Of a stretch of DNA of 64,000 bases, positions 1 through 11,714 are shown piece by piece. This DNA is from Nymphaea colorata. Taxonomy: Eukaryota. How positions within the stretch are numbered: the first letter of the stretch is position 1; each line of letters starts with the position of its first letter. Position numbers and translations under genes: made by a program. The notes beneath the pieces are model-generated. The model ran no database searches and was not told where the DNA came from. It was given only the letters and a program-made list of their open reading frames with translations. The stretch is taken from positions 41,416,001 to 41,480,000 of the forward strand of contig NC_045138.2 in the NCBI RefSeq assembly GCF_008831285.2, in the 5' to 3' direction.

Positions 1-1539
1 TAATTGCCAGCTTGTCCTTCAGGTGCTGAGATTTGGTTCAGATGTCCAACCAACTATAAGTCCATAATGGAGATAAGATTCAGTTAGCCATCAGAACTTC
101 CATTTCTATTGTCTACTTACTCCTCGATTATGTGGTGTACATCAAACATGTATCTTCTATCTCCCAGTATTGCTAAGTTTCCTTAACATTTACAATTTGT
201 CTCAAATACTATCCTAAGAGAAGGTAAACAGATCACGTTTGCTAGTAAAGACTGATGAAGTCTTTTATTGCTTGTAAAAAAGTTGTAAAGAAATGAGCAT
301 AGCTTTCCATTATACCCATTATCCAGGGGAATGAATTATAAATCCGTTTTATGTGGCATGTTCAATTACATGTTGCTATGTTACAGCAGAACTTGCTTTA
401 TCATGCTCACCTAAGGGTGGATGTTGTAACTTGTAACCTTAGTTCTGTCACTTTTTTCTTAGATGGCATGGTTATTAAATGTCTTTACTCATGAATGCTT
501 GAATTTTTTTTCTGCAAAATTTTAGTGGGTTAATTTAAAAAATGTGATTTATTTATTCTCTTAATTGTGCTGATACTTTTTTGCATGCTGTTAATTGTAG
601 TAATCATGCATGTCTTTATTCTTTTTTGATGCTAGTTTCCTGCAACTTGATGAAGATGCCTGAAGAGTGTCCTAGGTTTTGCTTTTCTGGTTCATTGGCA
701 TCTTAGTTTCCTTGACAAAATTTTATCTTCTCCTATATTCAAAAGACTATGTATTAAGTTGATGATCTCTTTCATTCCTTCTCCACCTTGAAGTGGCAAA
801 ACTTGGGTACTTCCCTCCTAGTTTGAAAACTTTCTCCATCCAATACATTAAGGCATACTCCATCTGTTTTCTATTTCTTGCATGATGTCTTGCATATCTT
901 TTTTGGATCGTTCCATTTGTTTGAATCCCTTTTCCCCTTTTCTAGGGAATCATTTTCTTATACTTACTGCAGGGTATTTTAGACTAATTTAGTGGTATCA
1001 GCTTCTGAAACTGCACTTCGATTAACATGTCTTTGACATTCTTCTTATCAGTTTCATAATTCATATCATGGTTATCCAGCTGTAGCTACTGCTCTTCTAT
1101 AACCTTGAAATGTTAGTCCAAAAAAAAAAAAAAGTTTGTGAAGAATTTTGGACTTGCTTCTCAAGATAAGAGCGATTAGTATATGACTACAGTGGTAATT
1201 GTTGACATCCTAGCTCTAGACAAGGAGGAACAATCAATTCGAGGTTTCCTCTAATGCACAGCCTTCTGTGTGACAAATTGGAGTTGAAACCAGAGTTAAA
1301 TAACACATCCAATTCATTTTTGAACTCCAGATTCTTCTTTTTTGTTCCTTTTTCCATTTAAGTATATCAGGAACAGAATCTTGCTCTCCATAAGTGAATC
1401 CATAAGGAAACAGTTTGACAGCTTTTGTAAGTACTTATTTTTCTCGTCTCTAGATTGTGCTTCAGTTGAGTACTGGGACAACATTCAAGCCTATTGAAAA
1501 ATGGATGATTATGAGGTCATTGGTCTTTTTTTTTTGCAG

Positions 1540-1616
1540 TGGTAGCAATGACCACACGACCAAGTTTTGGTGTCAGAATAGGCCTGGAGATCCTTCTCGT
1601 GACAAACATAACAATG
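1540..1616 (+). CDS. FY: FY / WDR33 (Pfs2) polyadenylation factor, internal exon encoding the end of the last WD40 repeat; upstream exons lie before the window
   Basis: TTTTTGCAG acceptor ends at 1539 and G|GTATG donor starts at 1617. The exon reads (S)[22 protein letters not shown], matching the FY/Pfs2 signature [16 protein letters not shown]. Confidence 0.9.
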
Positions 1617-1766
1617 GTATGTTTAGAAGTGTCAAATAGTCTTCTAGATGATGTTTGGATAATGGTCTTGCCCTGGTTGTTTCTTGGTCAGCATAGATAT
1701 TGTTTTACATTGATTTAGACTCTATCGCCTAGATTGTGTGTTAAGTAACTAGTGACTTGTGATCAG

Positions 1767-2601
1767 GTTCCGGAGATCTAGATGCAGCAGCACCTGGTCA
1801 TTTTGCTGGTAATTTCCCAGTTCCTGATGCCCCAACCACTCCAGGACCGTTTGCAGCTGGGCTTGCTCGAAGTGATGGAACAATTCCTGGTGTTGGGACT
1901 GCAATGCCGTTTGCAATGTCGCCCCTTGATGGATCAGATCAAGGACAACAAAGCCATCCAATTCCGGTATCAAACCCCATGTTATCACCACATCCTCCAT
2001 CTGTACCTTACCCATCACTTTTACAACCTAACTAACAAGGATATCAACAAGTTCCTCATCAGGTACCAGGACAACACCAGCATCATCCGCTTCAACCACC
2101 AATGATGCCTCTACCTCCGATAACATTGCCTCAGTTGCAGCCTCCTTCACAGTTACCATTGCTTGCTCATCCTTCTCATTTTCCGCGTCCTCCACCCACC
2201 CAATTTCCTTCTCTGTCAGTGCCTGCAAGCACTCCTTCATCTAATGCACTATCCATGCCCATGCAATCAATGTCAGACTCACTTCCGCTACCAATGCCTG
2301 GGTCAGCTTTTGATTCTATGTTACCCCGGCCAACATCTTTGCAGTCAAACAATTACCCGCCTGTTCTTGCTATGACTGGACAAGGGCTGCAAAGTTCAGC
2401 CACTCAGATTCCTCAACTGCCACAACCACCTCTTGGCATGAATCAAATTATTGCAGGCCCCATGGCTGGTAGTAGTGTTCCTCCTGCAATACACGTGTTC
2501 CATCAGGCACTCCTACAGGGCAGGCATTTGCTGTTAGTGGTGTCTTCACCGGCCCCCAATCTGGACTACTGGCACCTGTTCCAGGGATTAGCGCCTACCA
2601 G
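1767..2601 (+). pseudogene. FY: FY Pro/Gln-rich C-terminal exon, disrupted by an in-frame TAA at 2033-2035 and a frameshift near 2476-2495
   Basis: CAG acceptor at 1766. Reads GHFAGNFPVPDAPTTPGPFAAGLARSDGTIPGVGTAMP (FY-like), then ...PSLLQPN*QGYQQ. The FY-like end GVFTGPQSGLLAPVPGISAYQ before the CAG|GTACT donor (2602) is in a different frame from the 2102 ORF. Confidence 0.7.
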
Positions 2602-3648
2602 GTACTTTGAGAATCAGTGCTTTTTATTGTCAATTTATGTCCCATCATGCTCTAAGAGGGAGTAGATTTGTTTATTCTGCATTTATTGCATATCCATGTC
2701 CACTTTTACCAGCACAGGTGGAACCAACTGTTGTGTTCTTAGAGTGGGTCCTGATGATATCTGTTTGGAGAAAGTGAAAAATATCAAATAGTAGGGCTTT
2801 CCTTTGTTTGATGAAATTGAATGGCAGCATCCTGTGCTGAATTAACAACCGTGACAATCCAAGTATGGTATCAAAATCAAGGAGTTCAAACCTCTATTGG
2901 ACCAAGTAGAAGAGTAAAATGGACTAATGTGGTGCATTAGCAGTACGACAATTATCAATAGCAAGGCTTATTAACATTAAGACAACAAACAACAAACTCT
3001 TTTTGCACACAGTAAGTTAAATGGGACGGAATATACATTACTCTGTTACTTAAAGAGAGCTATTCTAATGGTTCATATGAGACAATAAAATATAAAAACT
3101 TCTTGATTGCCCCAGTATTTTACTGTGGCCTTTCTACAGAGTAAAGTCAAAGTGGAAGATTTTGCAGTGTTATCAAGGGTGCTTGATCTCAGCAGCACCC
3201 ACCTTGTATTCAGTGTTTGAACAAATCTGCCTTGTTATGTGGTCCTCCAACATGATAATTCACGATCAGGGTGTCACGGTGTTGCAGCCCGTCTTAAAGT
3301 GCTTTTCACCGTTTTCACTGGGGGCCTGAAAGACGGCCGTCCATACTAGCGGAAGCAAAGAGTAGAGTCTCTTTCGGTTGGTTTGCCTGCTGAAGGTGGA
3401 AATGGCAAACTATTTTGAAGCATGCACTTGATTGCAGCGTTTGTTTGTGTAGTTTTGTACTAGACCAGCTGCAGATTTCCTAACCTGAATCTCATTACCG
3501 TCTTGGTTCTTTTCTGCTTATGCTCCATTTCATGTACGTGATAGAGAATTAACATGATTTGGCAAGCAATGCTTGGTTCTCTGTGCTAGTGCTTTATTAT
3601 TGGTTGTGGATATGTATCTTATACGACAAAGGTGTTGCTTTCGTGCAG

Positions 3649-3756
3649 ACAGGAATTCCAAGAATGATGGACTTGCGCCCAGCCATCATGGCTCTTCCTC
3701 CAAACATCAGACTTCCTCCTGGCCCACCACCTCATTCACGTGGATCAACATCATGA
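3649..3756 (+). CDS. FY: FY terminal exon (TGIPRMMDLRPAIMALPPNIRLPPGPPPHSRGSTS*)
   Basis: GTGCAG acceptor at 3648, phase 0, matching the 2601 donor. Ends in LPPGPPPH like the FY C-terminus. It would not be translated if the upstream stop is real. Confidence 0.7.
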   Translation, partial: TGIPRMMDLRPAIMALPPNIRLPPGPPPHSRGSTS

Positions 3757-3929
3757 GCCATTATATATTCATGGCCAATTTTGTTCTTATATAAAGAAAA
3801 GAAATAGAAAAGCAAGAACTAGCCTTAGTTGTTGGTAGCTCTTTTCCTTCTCTTTTTCCCCTTTTTTGTCTTCTCGTGTAACTTAGCTAATGTGGTCTTT
3901 CCTTTCTCATTCGTTTTCGTCTCTAACAT

Positions 3930-4095
3930 ACATCGTTTGACAGAGCTGGTCGACTTTAACCAAGAGGTCGCCAGTTCAAACCTTTGGGCGACACATTCTC
4001 CAGTTTAACTATCAAATGCATTTTTTGGTTTCTCAAGTTCCTAATTGGTCTCCTTCTGCTTTTTTTTGTTTTGTTTTGTTTTTATCTATTTTATC
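3930..4095 (+). mobile_element. Degenerate tRNA-derived SINE-like element
   Basis: The head GACAGAGCTGGTCGACTTTAACCAAGAGGTCGCCAGTTCAAACC resembles a tRNA anticodon and T arm with a B-box-like GTTCAAACC, followed by a T-rich tail. No TSD found. Confidence 0.3.
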
Positions 4096-4987
4096 TACTA
4101 AACAAACCAATTAATATAATAAAAACTTGACTCTTGATAGTGATATATGTTGTATATGTATATCGTATATGTGAAAAAATATAACCTAAGAGGGGCTAGG
4201 TTTTGGCTCCCTTTACAAAACCAAGTTTTATCAAAATGGGTTTTTCTCAAACCCAATCTTGATGGAACCCAAACACTCCAAAAAATTCAATTTTGGAGAC
4301 CAAGTTTGTGGGATGTCATCCAAACACCCCATAAAATCTTACAGAATGAGGATTATGGACTGATAAATAAGTGTAAAAGTCACTACGTTTTGAAGGGAGG
4401 AGATGATCTTTGATTGTTTTTCAGCAAATTTCTCCTCTTCTCAAATCTCAAAGAAAGGTTCCTGTTTAGAAAAGTTGATATCACGGGTGACAAACGGGGA
4501 GGCGATGATTTTTGTGAAAAAAAAAAAACTCGGCGAGGGGCCTGCGACCTATCTTGTTCGTGACCTCTACATGTCTCCTTCATTTTCAAGTCACACCATC
4601 CGTGGAAAATACAGCCAAACAATAACGAATAGATTTTTTTTTTCCCGTCACCAAAGAAAAAACTTTGTTGAGCTATAAGCTATTGCAGATCCATCAACCG
4701 CGAACACGTGAATCAGATTTGGATCTGTATTTAAATATCAGATTTTTTGAAAATAAAAGATTGAGTTTTTTTTTTCATTTACATTCAAATCCGAATATGT
4801 GCAAGATCGAGCGAAGAATACATCCGATTGGTTGACAGGCTACATGAGTCCATGACCCCCCGAAGCATCGGAGGACCATCCTCGCCCCCCTTAGTCATGT
4901 ACGTGTTACGCGCCATCTCCTCTGCTGGCCGCCCCCTATCCCCTCCTCTTTTCCTTTTCGTGGGCGCCGCCGCCAACCTTCCCAGGT

Positions 4988-5064
4988 AGAGGGAGAGAGG
5001 AAGAGAAAGAAAAAAAAAGAGAGGAAGAGAAAGAAAAAAAAAAAAAAGGAAGAGAAAGAGGGGA
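4988..5064 (+). repeat. Polypurine tract of repeated AGAGGAAGAGAAAG(A)n units directly upstream of the methyltransferase ATG
   Basis: About 77 nt of only A/G, containing three copies of AGGAAGAGAAAG. Confidence 0.85.
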
Positions 5065-5214
5065 ATGGCGGAACTGTTCATCAAGCAGGCGGCTTCGTAT
5101 GCAGCGACCCGCCCTGGGTACCCGCCGGAGCTCTTCCGATTCATCGCTTCCAAGACCCCCCATCACGACCTAGCGTGGGACGTCGGGACCGGCAATGGTC
5201 AAGCCGCCGTGCCG
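5065..5214 (+). CDS. Class I SAM-dependent methyltransferase (Methyltransf_11, embryonic-abundant / DDB_G0268948-like), copy 1 exon 1
   Basis: MAELFIKQA...YAATRPGYP...AWDVGTGNGQAA (SAM-binding motif I). 150 nt exon, CCG|GTAAGG donor at 5215. Confidence 0.93.
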
Positions 5215-5839
5215 GTAAGGAAGAAAAAAAGCTGCCTCTGGTTTTCGTTCTCGTTGCTTCCATTGGTTAGCGGTAGACGGTCTGCCTGGAGGTTACCGTC
5301 GGCCCCATGTGTGCTAATAGGCTCATATCCGGATGCCCTTGACCATTGTCATGGACGGGATGTGGACGGTGTGCCTTTTGCTTCCTACTTGCTCAAAGGC
5401 AAACGTAGGTCATGAATTCATGGGCTGCAAGAACTTGATGTTGCTACCGCTTTATGGGTTCATGGAAACTTCTGCAAGTCTTGAAAGAGTATGAGTGTTA
5501 ACTAGTGCTTGTTGTATGAAAACACGAGTAACCTGATTGCAATTATTCGTTGATCAATAGCGTCAAATTGAATACACTCTGTTAAGCACACATCATGAAA
5601 TTAAGATTGGACTTACGGCATGATGATGAACTACCCGAATGCTCTTAATTCGTAACAGGGTGTGTCAAATTTACTTGTAGTGGGTACATTAACGGTGCAC
5701 TGCTCAGAAAATGACCTTATTCTCCACATCATGAGCACCTTGTCCTAAGAGGGGAACTTTTTTGGAGGAAGTTTTCCTTGAATTGCAACATCAGCTCTCT
5801 TAACAGTATTTTTTTTCTAACACTCCTTTCATCTTCAAG

Positions 5840-6466
5840 CTTGCTAGCTTCTACAAGGATGTAGTGGCCACAGACACCAGCCCTACTCAGTTGGCCCATG
5901 CACAGAGGCTTCCCAACATAAGGTATCAGCAAACCCCAGAATCAGTGACCCTAGATGAGCTCACGCGCTTGGTTGCACCCATGTGTAGTGTTGATCTTGT
6001 GACTGTGGCCCAAGCCATGCACTGGTTCGACCTCCCCACCTTCTACCAACAAGTCAAGCATGTCCTCAAGCGCCCTGGAGGTGTGCTTGCTGCCTGGTGC
6101 TATACTGAACCCTGTGTGAGTGACACTGTGGATGCTGTGTTCTGGCGCTTGTACAAGAATTCTGCACCTTACTGGGCTCCGGCACGCAAAATAGTTGACG
6201 ACGAGTATCGGAGCATAGAATTCCCGTTCGAGGTAGTGGATGGGGAGGAGCACACTGGACCATTTACATTCAAGGCAACAAAACATATGGATTTAGAAAC
6301 GTACCTGGCATACATACGGTCATGGTCTTCATACCAGACTGCGCATGAGCAAGGGATTGAGCTCCTGCCTGAAGAGGTGGTCAAGGATTTTGAGAGCGCA
6401 TGGGGAGGCAATGAGGTGAAACCTGTCCAGTATCCTGTACATTTGCGCATTGGGAGGGTTATGTAG
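5840..6466 (+). CDS. SAM-dependent methyltransferase copy 1 exon 2 (258 aa total)
   Basis: TTCAAG acceptor at 5839, phase 0. Reads LASFYKDVVATDTS...SVDLVTVAQAMHWFD...VLKRPGGVLAAWCY...YIRSWSSYQTA...LRIGRVM*. Confidence 0.93.
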   Translation, partial: LASFYKDVVATDTSPTQLAHAQRLPNIRYQQTPESVTLDELTRLVAPMCSVDLVTVAQAMHWFDLPTFYQQVKHVLKRPGGVLAAWCYTEPCVSDTVDAVFWRLYKNSAPYWAPARKIVDDEYRSIEFPFEVVDGEEHTGPFTFKATKHMDLETYLAYIRSWSSYQTAHEQGIELLPEEVVKDFESAWGGNEVKPVQYPVHLRIGRVM

Positions 6467-7943
6467 GTTGGAGTTGCTCTAGTTATTCTACCTTAGTTCC
6501 TGGGTAAGCTCTCCCTTGAACGCAGCAATGTAGAAAGGTGGGTTGGAAGTTCCCTGCTCTTCTACTGGGTCAGAGCACTGGAACTCTTGAAGAATGGCTT
6601 CAATATGGTTTTTATTAGCATGGATTCTGTCCGTCTGTAGCTGTTTAATTTTGATTGGTGTAACAGCATTTAGCTGTATATGTATAAAGACCTTCTTACC
6701 TTATTTAGTTGAAGGGAAGTGGTTGTTCGTATTTTATCAGCTTCTGTCTTCCCTGTTTCTATTTAGTTTTCCAGTCACTTGGAAATTGCAAGGATATATA
6801 TGAGCTTTCTGCTGTCAACTGAAGATCTTTCTGCATTGCTTGTTGGTTTCATGAGCTACGTAAATTGTGGCATTTTAAGATCCTCTGGAACATCATGGCT
6901 GTTAATTGAAGATCGTGCTATAGTGCTTGTTGGTTCTTGCTCGTGCTTGATACCGAAGTGGCTCATAGCATAGAACCTACAGCAATTGCCCTCTTGTTGA
7001 ATTAAAGATGAAATTGTTATTGTACATTGCGTGTTGTGGTATTGTTTCTGCAATTTTTTCTGCTGAAATATTTTGCGTGTTTTAGTGCGCTTTCTCGTTT
7101 TCTTCTCCCTAGACAGCAATTGATGGCAATAGCCTCGCAGATTTGAGATGTTAATTTATCAGGAACATTCTTCGGAACTACCAAAATTTTAAAGTAACCT
7201 TTTTGTGTCAAGATCATGTCAATACCTTGTTATTTTTCATTAAAGAACAAGTTGATTGCTAAAATTGTGATCGGTGTTCCTTGTTTATATAGGGATCATC
7301 CTGGTAGGACTTGACATAACTCAAGGAAATTTATATTCAGATTCAGGTTTATACTCGACTTTTGAGTAATGGCCCCTGACCTGGACTACAGTTTTGGGCC
7401 GATAATTGGATAAGTTCTTCTATTGATACACCTACTTATATGAGACAATCAAGGTGTATATATGTTATATTATCAATAGACTTGTGGATGCTAGAATGAA
7501 CTATCTGCATTTCTGACACAAATGCAATTGCAGATTCATACTTTGTCTTCCCACTTCATCATCCCTAGTACCAGGCAATGTTCGGAGGGTGTTTGAACGC
7601 TGAACCGAGGGATTCAACACCTTTCCTGATTCCACGGTTTATAGAGATCACAGTCTGTAGTAGAGCCTGAATTTGATTTCAACACAGAAAACCATGCCTT
7701 GAAGCGAAGGGTATTGAAGATGCACGCAGTGGCATGAAATTCGTGCCTACAGCTGCTGCACCCACCTGATTAAGGGTTTGGGGTTAACAATTTCAGGTTG
7801 AAGGTGGCCAAGATAAGTTCATTATGCAGGTTTTGGATCTCAACCATTTCCAACATTGTGGTGCTTATAGGGGTACAAAGAATGGAATTGAATCATACTG
7901 CATTTATGCTAAGGGTCAGATTTGGATAGGTACATATGTAATC

Positions 7944-7949
<6 letters not shown>

Positions 7950-8004
<55 letters not shown>
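7950..8004. repeat. (TA)n microsatellite
   Basis: Read directly. Confidence 0.95.
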
Positions 8005-8007
<3 letters not shown>

Positions 8008-9022
8008 CCTTGGATCTGAGCTTGTTGGACTTGCATCCCCTAAATTTCCTCTGTTTGAAAACCAATTTTAATCCTGGCAATGTTGAAATGGGTGGATCCA
8101 TTATGGTTGAGTAAAGGTTGCTAAGTTACATGGTTCTGGGTATGATGCAGATACGGACACAGTAACTTTAGAAAATGTGAGTACGGAGCTATGTCTAGTT
8201 GAAGAAGGTCAGAAGTTCAACGCATGGGGTGCATCCCTTAGACGGCCAGTTTGGATGCACCTACTGCATCTACATCCGTTGTCAAAACCATAGCTAAAGG
8301 TTATGCTATTGCAATCATGAACAATATGTATATTAAGCTTGACCCATTTGATATAAATGATGTGTTAGAGTATGTTATTTGGCCTTAAAAACATGAACCC
8401 TTAACCTTTAACTGTTGACATGTGGTTCATTTTTGACAGATTGAAATACTCATGCTAGAATTACGTGATTTGAAACCAGGGAAAATAAAAATGCGTGTAA
8501 ATCATATTCATAAGGTTAGATGAAGAAGAAAAATACATCGTTTATGAAAGGATGAACTTTTCTGTAAGTGGGTCATATCATGAACTTGTCTCCTTTTAAA
8601 TGTGATCATGGCAAAAGAATTTGAAGAAGAATATGAATCTTTACCATCTCCTGGATATGAATTAAAGAAGCAAGTGTGAATGCAAAGCCCTCTAGTGGGC
8701 TCCATTTCATATTCAGCTCACTTTGCTCTGTTCTTATCTTGCTTGCAGCATTTCTCATGGATCCTGATCCTTGGCAAACTGAAGAACACCAATGGGGCCA
8801 TATCTTTCATGAGAAAGATGATAGTGCTTTTGCCGACTTGTCGAAAAAAAACCAGGCCATGGCTAGGTAGTCAGCTTAGTGGTCCCAAGTTGAAGGGATA
8901 TACCGACTTCGAAAGACTGTGTGCGCCTTTTGCGAAGGTGGAATCTGGTGCTTTTTTAGAAGTGCGCCACCGGAAGTGCGGCTAAGTTTCATTGCACGAG
9001 TGCATCTTTGAACATGCACATA

Positions 9023-9068
9023 CAACAACAACAACGACAGCAACAACAACAACAACAACAACAACAAA
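9023..9068. repeat. (CAA)n microsatellite, imperfect
   Basis: Read directly; interrupted by CGACAG. Confidence 0.9.
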
Positions 9069-9751
9069 CAAGCAATGACAACAAAAAGGGCTGCATAATG
9101 ATACCATTGCTTTCATTAGACCTCAGCTTTTTCATGCACAAAAGTGTCATTCAACTTTCTATTTCAGATTCACTTGAAAGGTGCTTTCTTTTTGAGATTA
9201 TTTTGATTTTGTGTATAGGAAAATGAATTGCATAAAGAAACAAGTCAAAGCAACTAAAAACTAGTGATATGATTTCTCCTGTTTGCTTCAACATATGAAC
9301 AAGAACAGATACTTAGATTCAAATGTACCTCTTCTTGTGCAAGCCAAAGTTGAGAATATTTTTGAAAGGTCTGGTCTATGACAAAACTATTCTTTTAAAT
9401 GAAGGTACTGTGCTTGGATGGTGGCTTAGAATAAGCATCATGACAACATGACTGAATTTGTCCTAGTTAGTCTTCGAGACTAAGTGGCAGAAGGGAGGAG
9501 ATGGGTGGAGATTTTTGAAATTAACGAAAAAAATGATCCAATTTCTTAGAAATAATTGAATGAGGAGCCGTATGACATGAAAATTTCACATACAGTTCTG
9601 TAAAGTAACAATAAGGGTGAACTTATCTGTCAAATTGTTCACTATCAACTCCGAAAAACCAAACGTTTTCACTATCACCCCCGAAAAACCAAATTCTATG
9701 TTACGTAAAGTCGGGCTTATGAAGGTTTAGCATGGGACTCTCACATTTGAG

Positions 9752-9989
9752 TAGGGGTGAGCAACAGGTTGGGCTGGGTCTGCCAAATAAAGATGCTGCA
9801 AGGACTTGATCGACCCAACTAGGTCTTAAGCCCGACTTGAACCCAACTCTTTTCCAAGAAGGCTGGGTTTAGACTCAGCTACTTGGGTCCAGAGACCCAG
9901 CTTTCACATGACCATGCCTGTTTGACCCCGTATCTGACACTTTTGACCCATAACCCATAGATCCAGTAAAATACACGACTTCACCTGTA
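9752..9989. mobile_element. Degenerate hAT-like MITE
   Basis: Termini TAGGGGTGA... and ...TCACCTGTA, with many internal GACCC/GGGTC subterminal motifs. TSD not recognisable. Confidence 0.45.
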
Positions 9990-10273
9990 TAAGAACTCAT
10001 TATCTCATATTCAAATTCATGATTAGAAACAACCCTTATATAATGCCATGCGCTTCGTCTACATGATAATGAATAAAATATTCTTCTACGTGAAAGAGTT
10101 AACAAAGAATATAAGGTTTTTACATTTTTCAAAAGTAACTAAGTTCAAGACCATGTTTGGCAGCAGTTAGCGAAAGTGCAATCCATTAAAAAATGTCATG
10201 CTTGGTTTCTCCTATTTTGGCCAAAATACAGAATCCCAAAATCATAAGTTTTCTTAAGATAAAATACTAAATC

Positions 10274-10640
10274 AAAAGAGAAACTCTCATCTGTGTAGGG
10301 AACGCCTGCTTTGAATCACTTTAACAGAGACTTGACGCACCTCCGTCCATTTCATTGGCCATCTCCTTCCCATCTATCAATTGACAATTCGCTGCCATTT
10401 AATGGCAGCCATACTCCACACACACACACATATATGTATATATTGAAAAGGTTCTTTGAGATAATTATAATAATTTAAAAGAGAAACTTTCATCTCCACG
10501 TAGAAGAAACGACCCTTTGAATCATTTTAGCTAGACTCTATGCACATCCATCCAAACATATACACCCTATCTCTTTTCCATCTATTGTCTGACAATTCAT
10601 TGGCCATTCAGCGGCGGCCATTTTACATAAATATGCATAT
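10274..10640. repeat. Old diverged tandem duplication, period about 203 bp
   Basis: AAAAGAGAAACT(C/T)TCATCT...CTTTGAATCA...CCATCTAT...TGACAATTC...GCCAT occurs at 10274 and again at 10477. Confidence 0.75.
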
Positions 10641-11143
10641 ATATAGTGTTAGAAAATTTCATTGAACCGCCTAAGTTATGTACAAAGGAAACCACTAAAA
10701 GAAGGAAATCCAAATTAAAGTGTATTTTACCATATACGAGATGTGCGTAATGAAATACTTGGCATGGCTTTCTTAAAATGTAGCACATTCTAAAACTAAA
10801 TTCCAGTCGGATCCATTACGCAAATCCGAATCCACTGCATCGATGTATCCATAATAAATGTGATAATTGGCTAAGTTGCACGACAAATGGCATGTGCCTT
10901 CAGCGACCCGCGTACACTTCAACAGATTGAGGAGAAGAGTGGGTTGCATTTCCAGCCACCCATTACAATATCCTGTTTTTGGTTTATCCGGCTTTCACTT
11001 ATTCTTCATGCGTCGCAATCAAACATAGCTTTTGTAGGGGTGGACGCACCCACATGTCCCCAAATCCAGATAAACATGATAAGGTGGAGCTGTTCATTGT
11101 GCACCAAAATGAATGCCTTCACGGGAGTGAGTGAATGGCGACT

Positions 11144-11714
11144 CTAACTATCGAGAATCAGCCAGCTCCTAACATTAGATAACGATAATGTCCATCACCT
11201 TTTTTTCCTTGTTTTTCTCTCGACCATCATAATGGGTTAGCTGACCACATGTCTCATAGCTTAGATGACCAGAATCACCATTCAATGATTCGGATCTGGT
11301 TTGGTTCCTAGAAGGTGTTTCTTTGTTCGAGAATTATTTGTTTTTCCCATTTATTTAAAGGATGTTCGTATTTATGAGAGTATTGATACTGGACCCACTC
11401 AATTGGACCTGATAAACCGGATCATCCCCTAACTATCGAGAATCAGCCAGCTCCTAACATTAGATAATGATAATGTCCATCACCTTTTTTTCCTTGTTTT
11501 TCTCTCGACCATCATAATGGGTTAGCTGACCACATGTCTCATAGCTTAGATGACCAGAATCACCATTCAATGATTCGGATCTGGTTTGGTTCCTAGAAGG
11601 TGTTTCTTTGTTCGAGAATTATTTGTTTTTCCCATTTATTTAGAGGATGTTCCTATTTATGAGAGTATTGATACTGGACCCACTCAATTGGACCTGATAA
11701 ACCGGATCATCCCC
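11144..11714. repeat. Near-perfect 285-bp tandem duplication
   Basis: CTAACTATCGAGAATCAGCC...ACCGGATCATCCC at 11144 and 11429; I count 3 substitutions. Confidence 0.95.

Noticed and set aside
2102..2665. 187-aa Pro-rich ORF as an independent gene
   Set aside because: It is the post-stop part of the FY exon running out of frame into the intron.
9008..9226. Poly-Gln ORF
   Set aside because: Product of a (CAA)n microsatellite with a TTG start; no domain or splice support.
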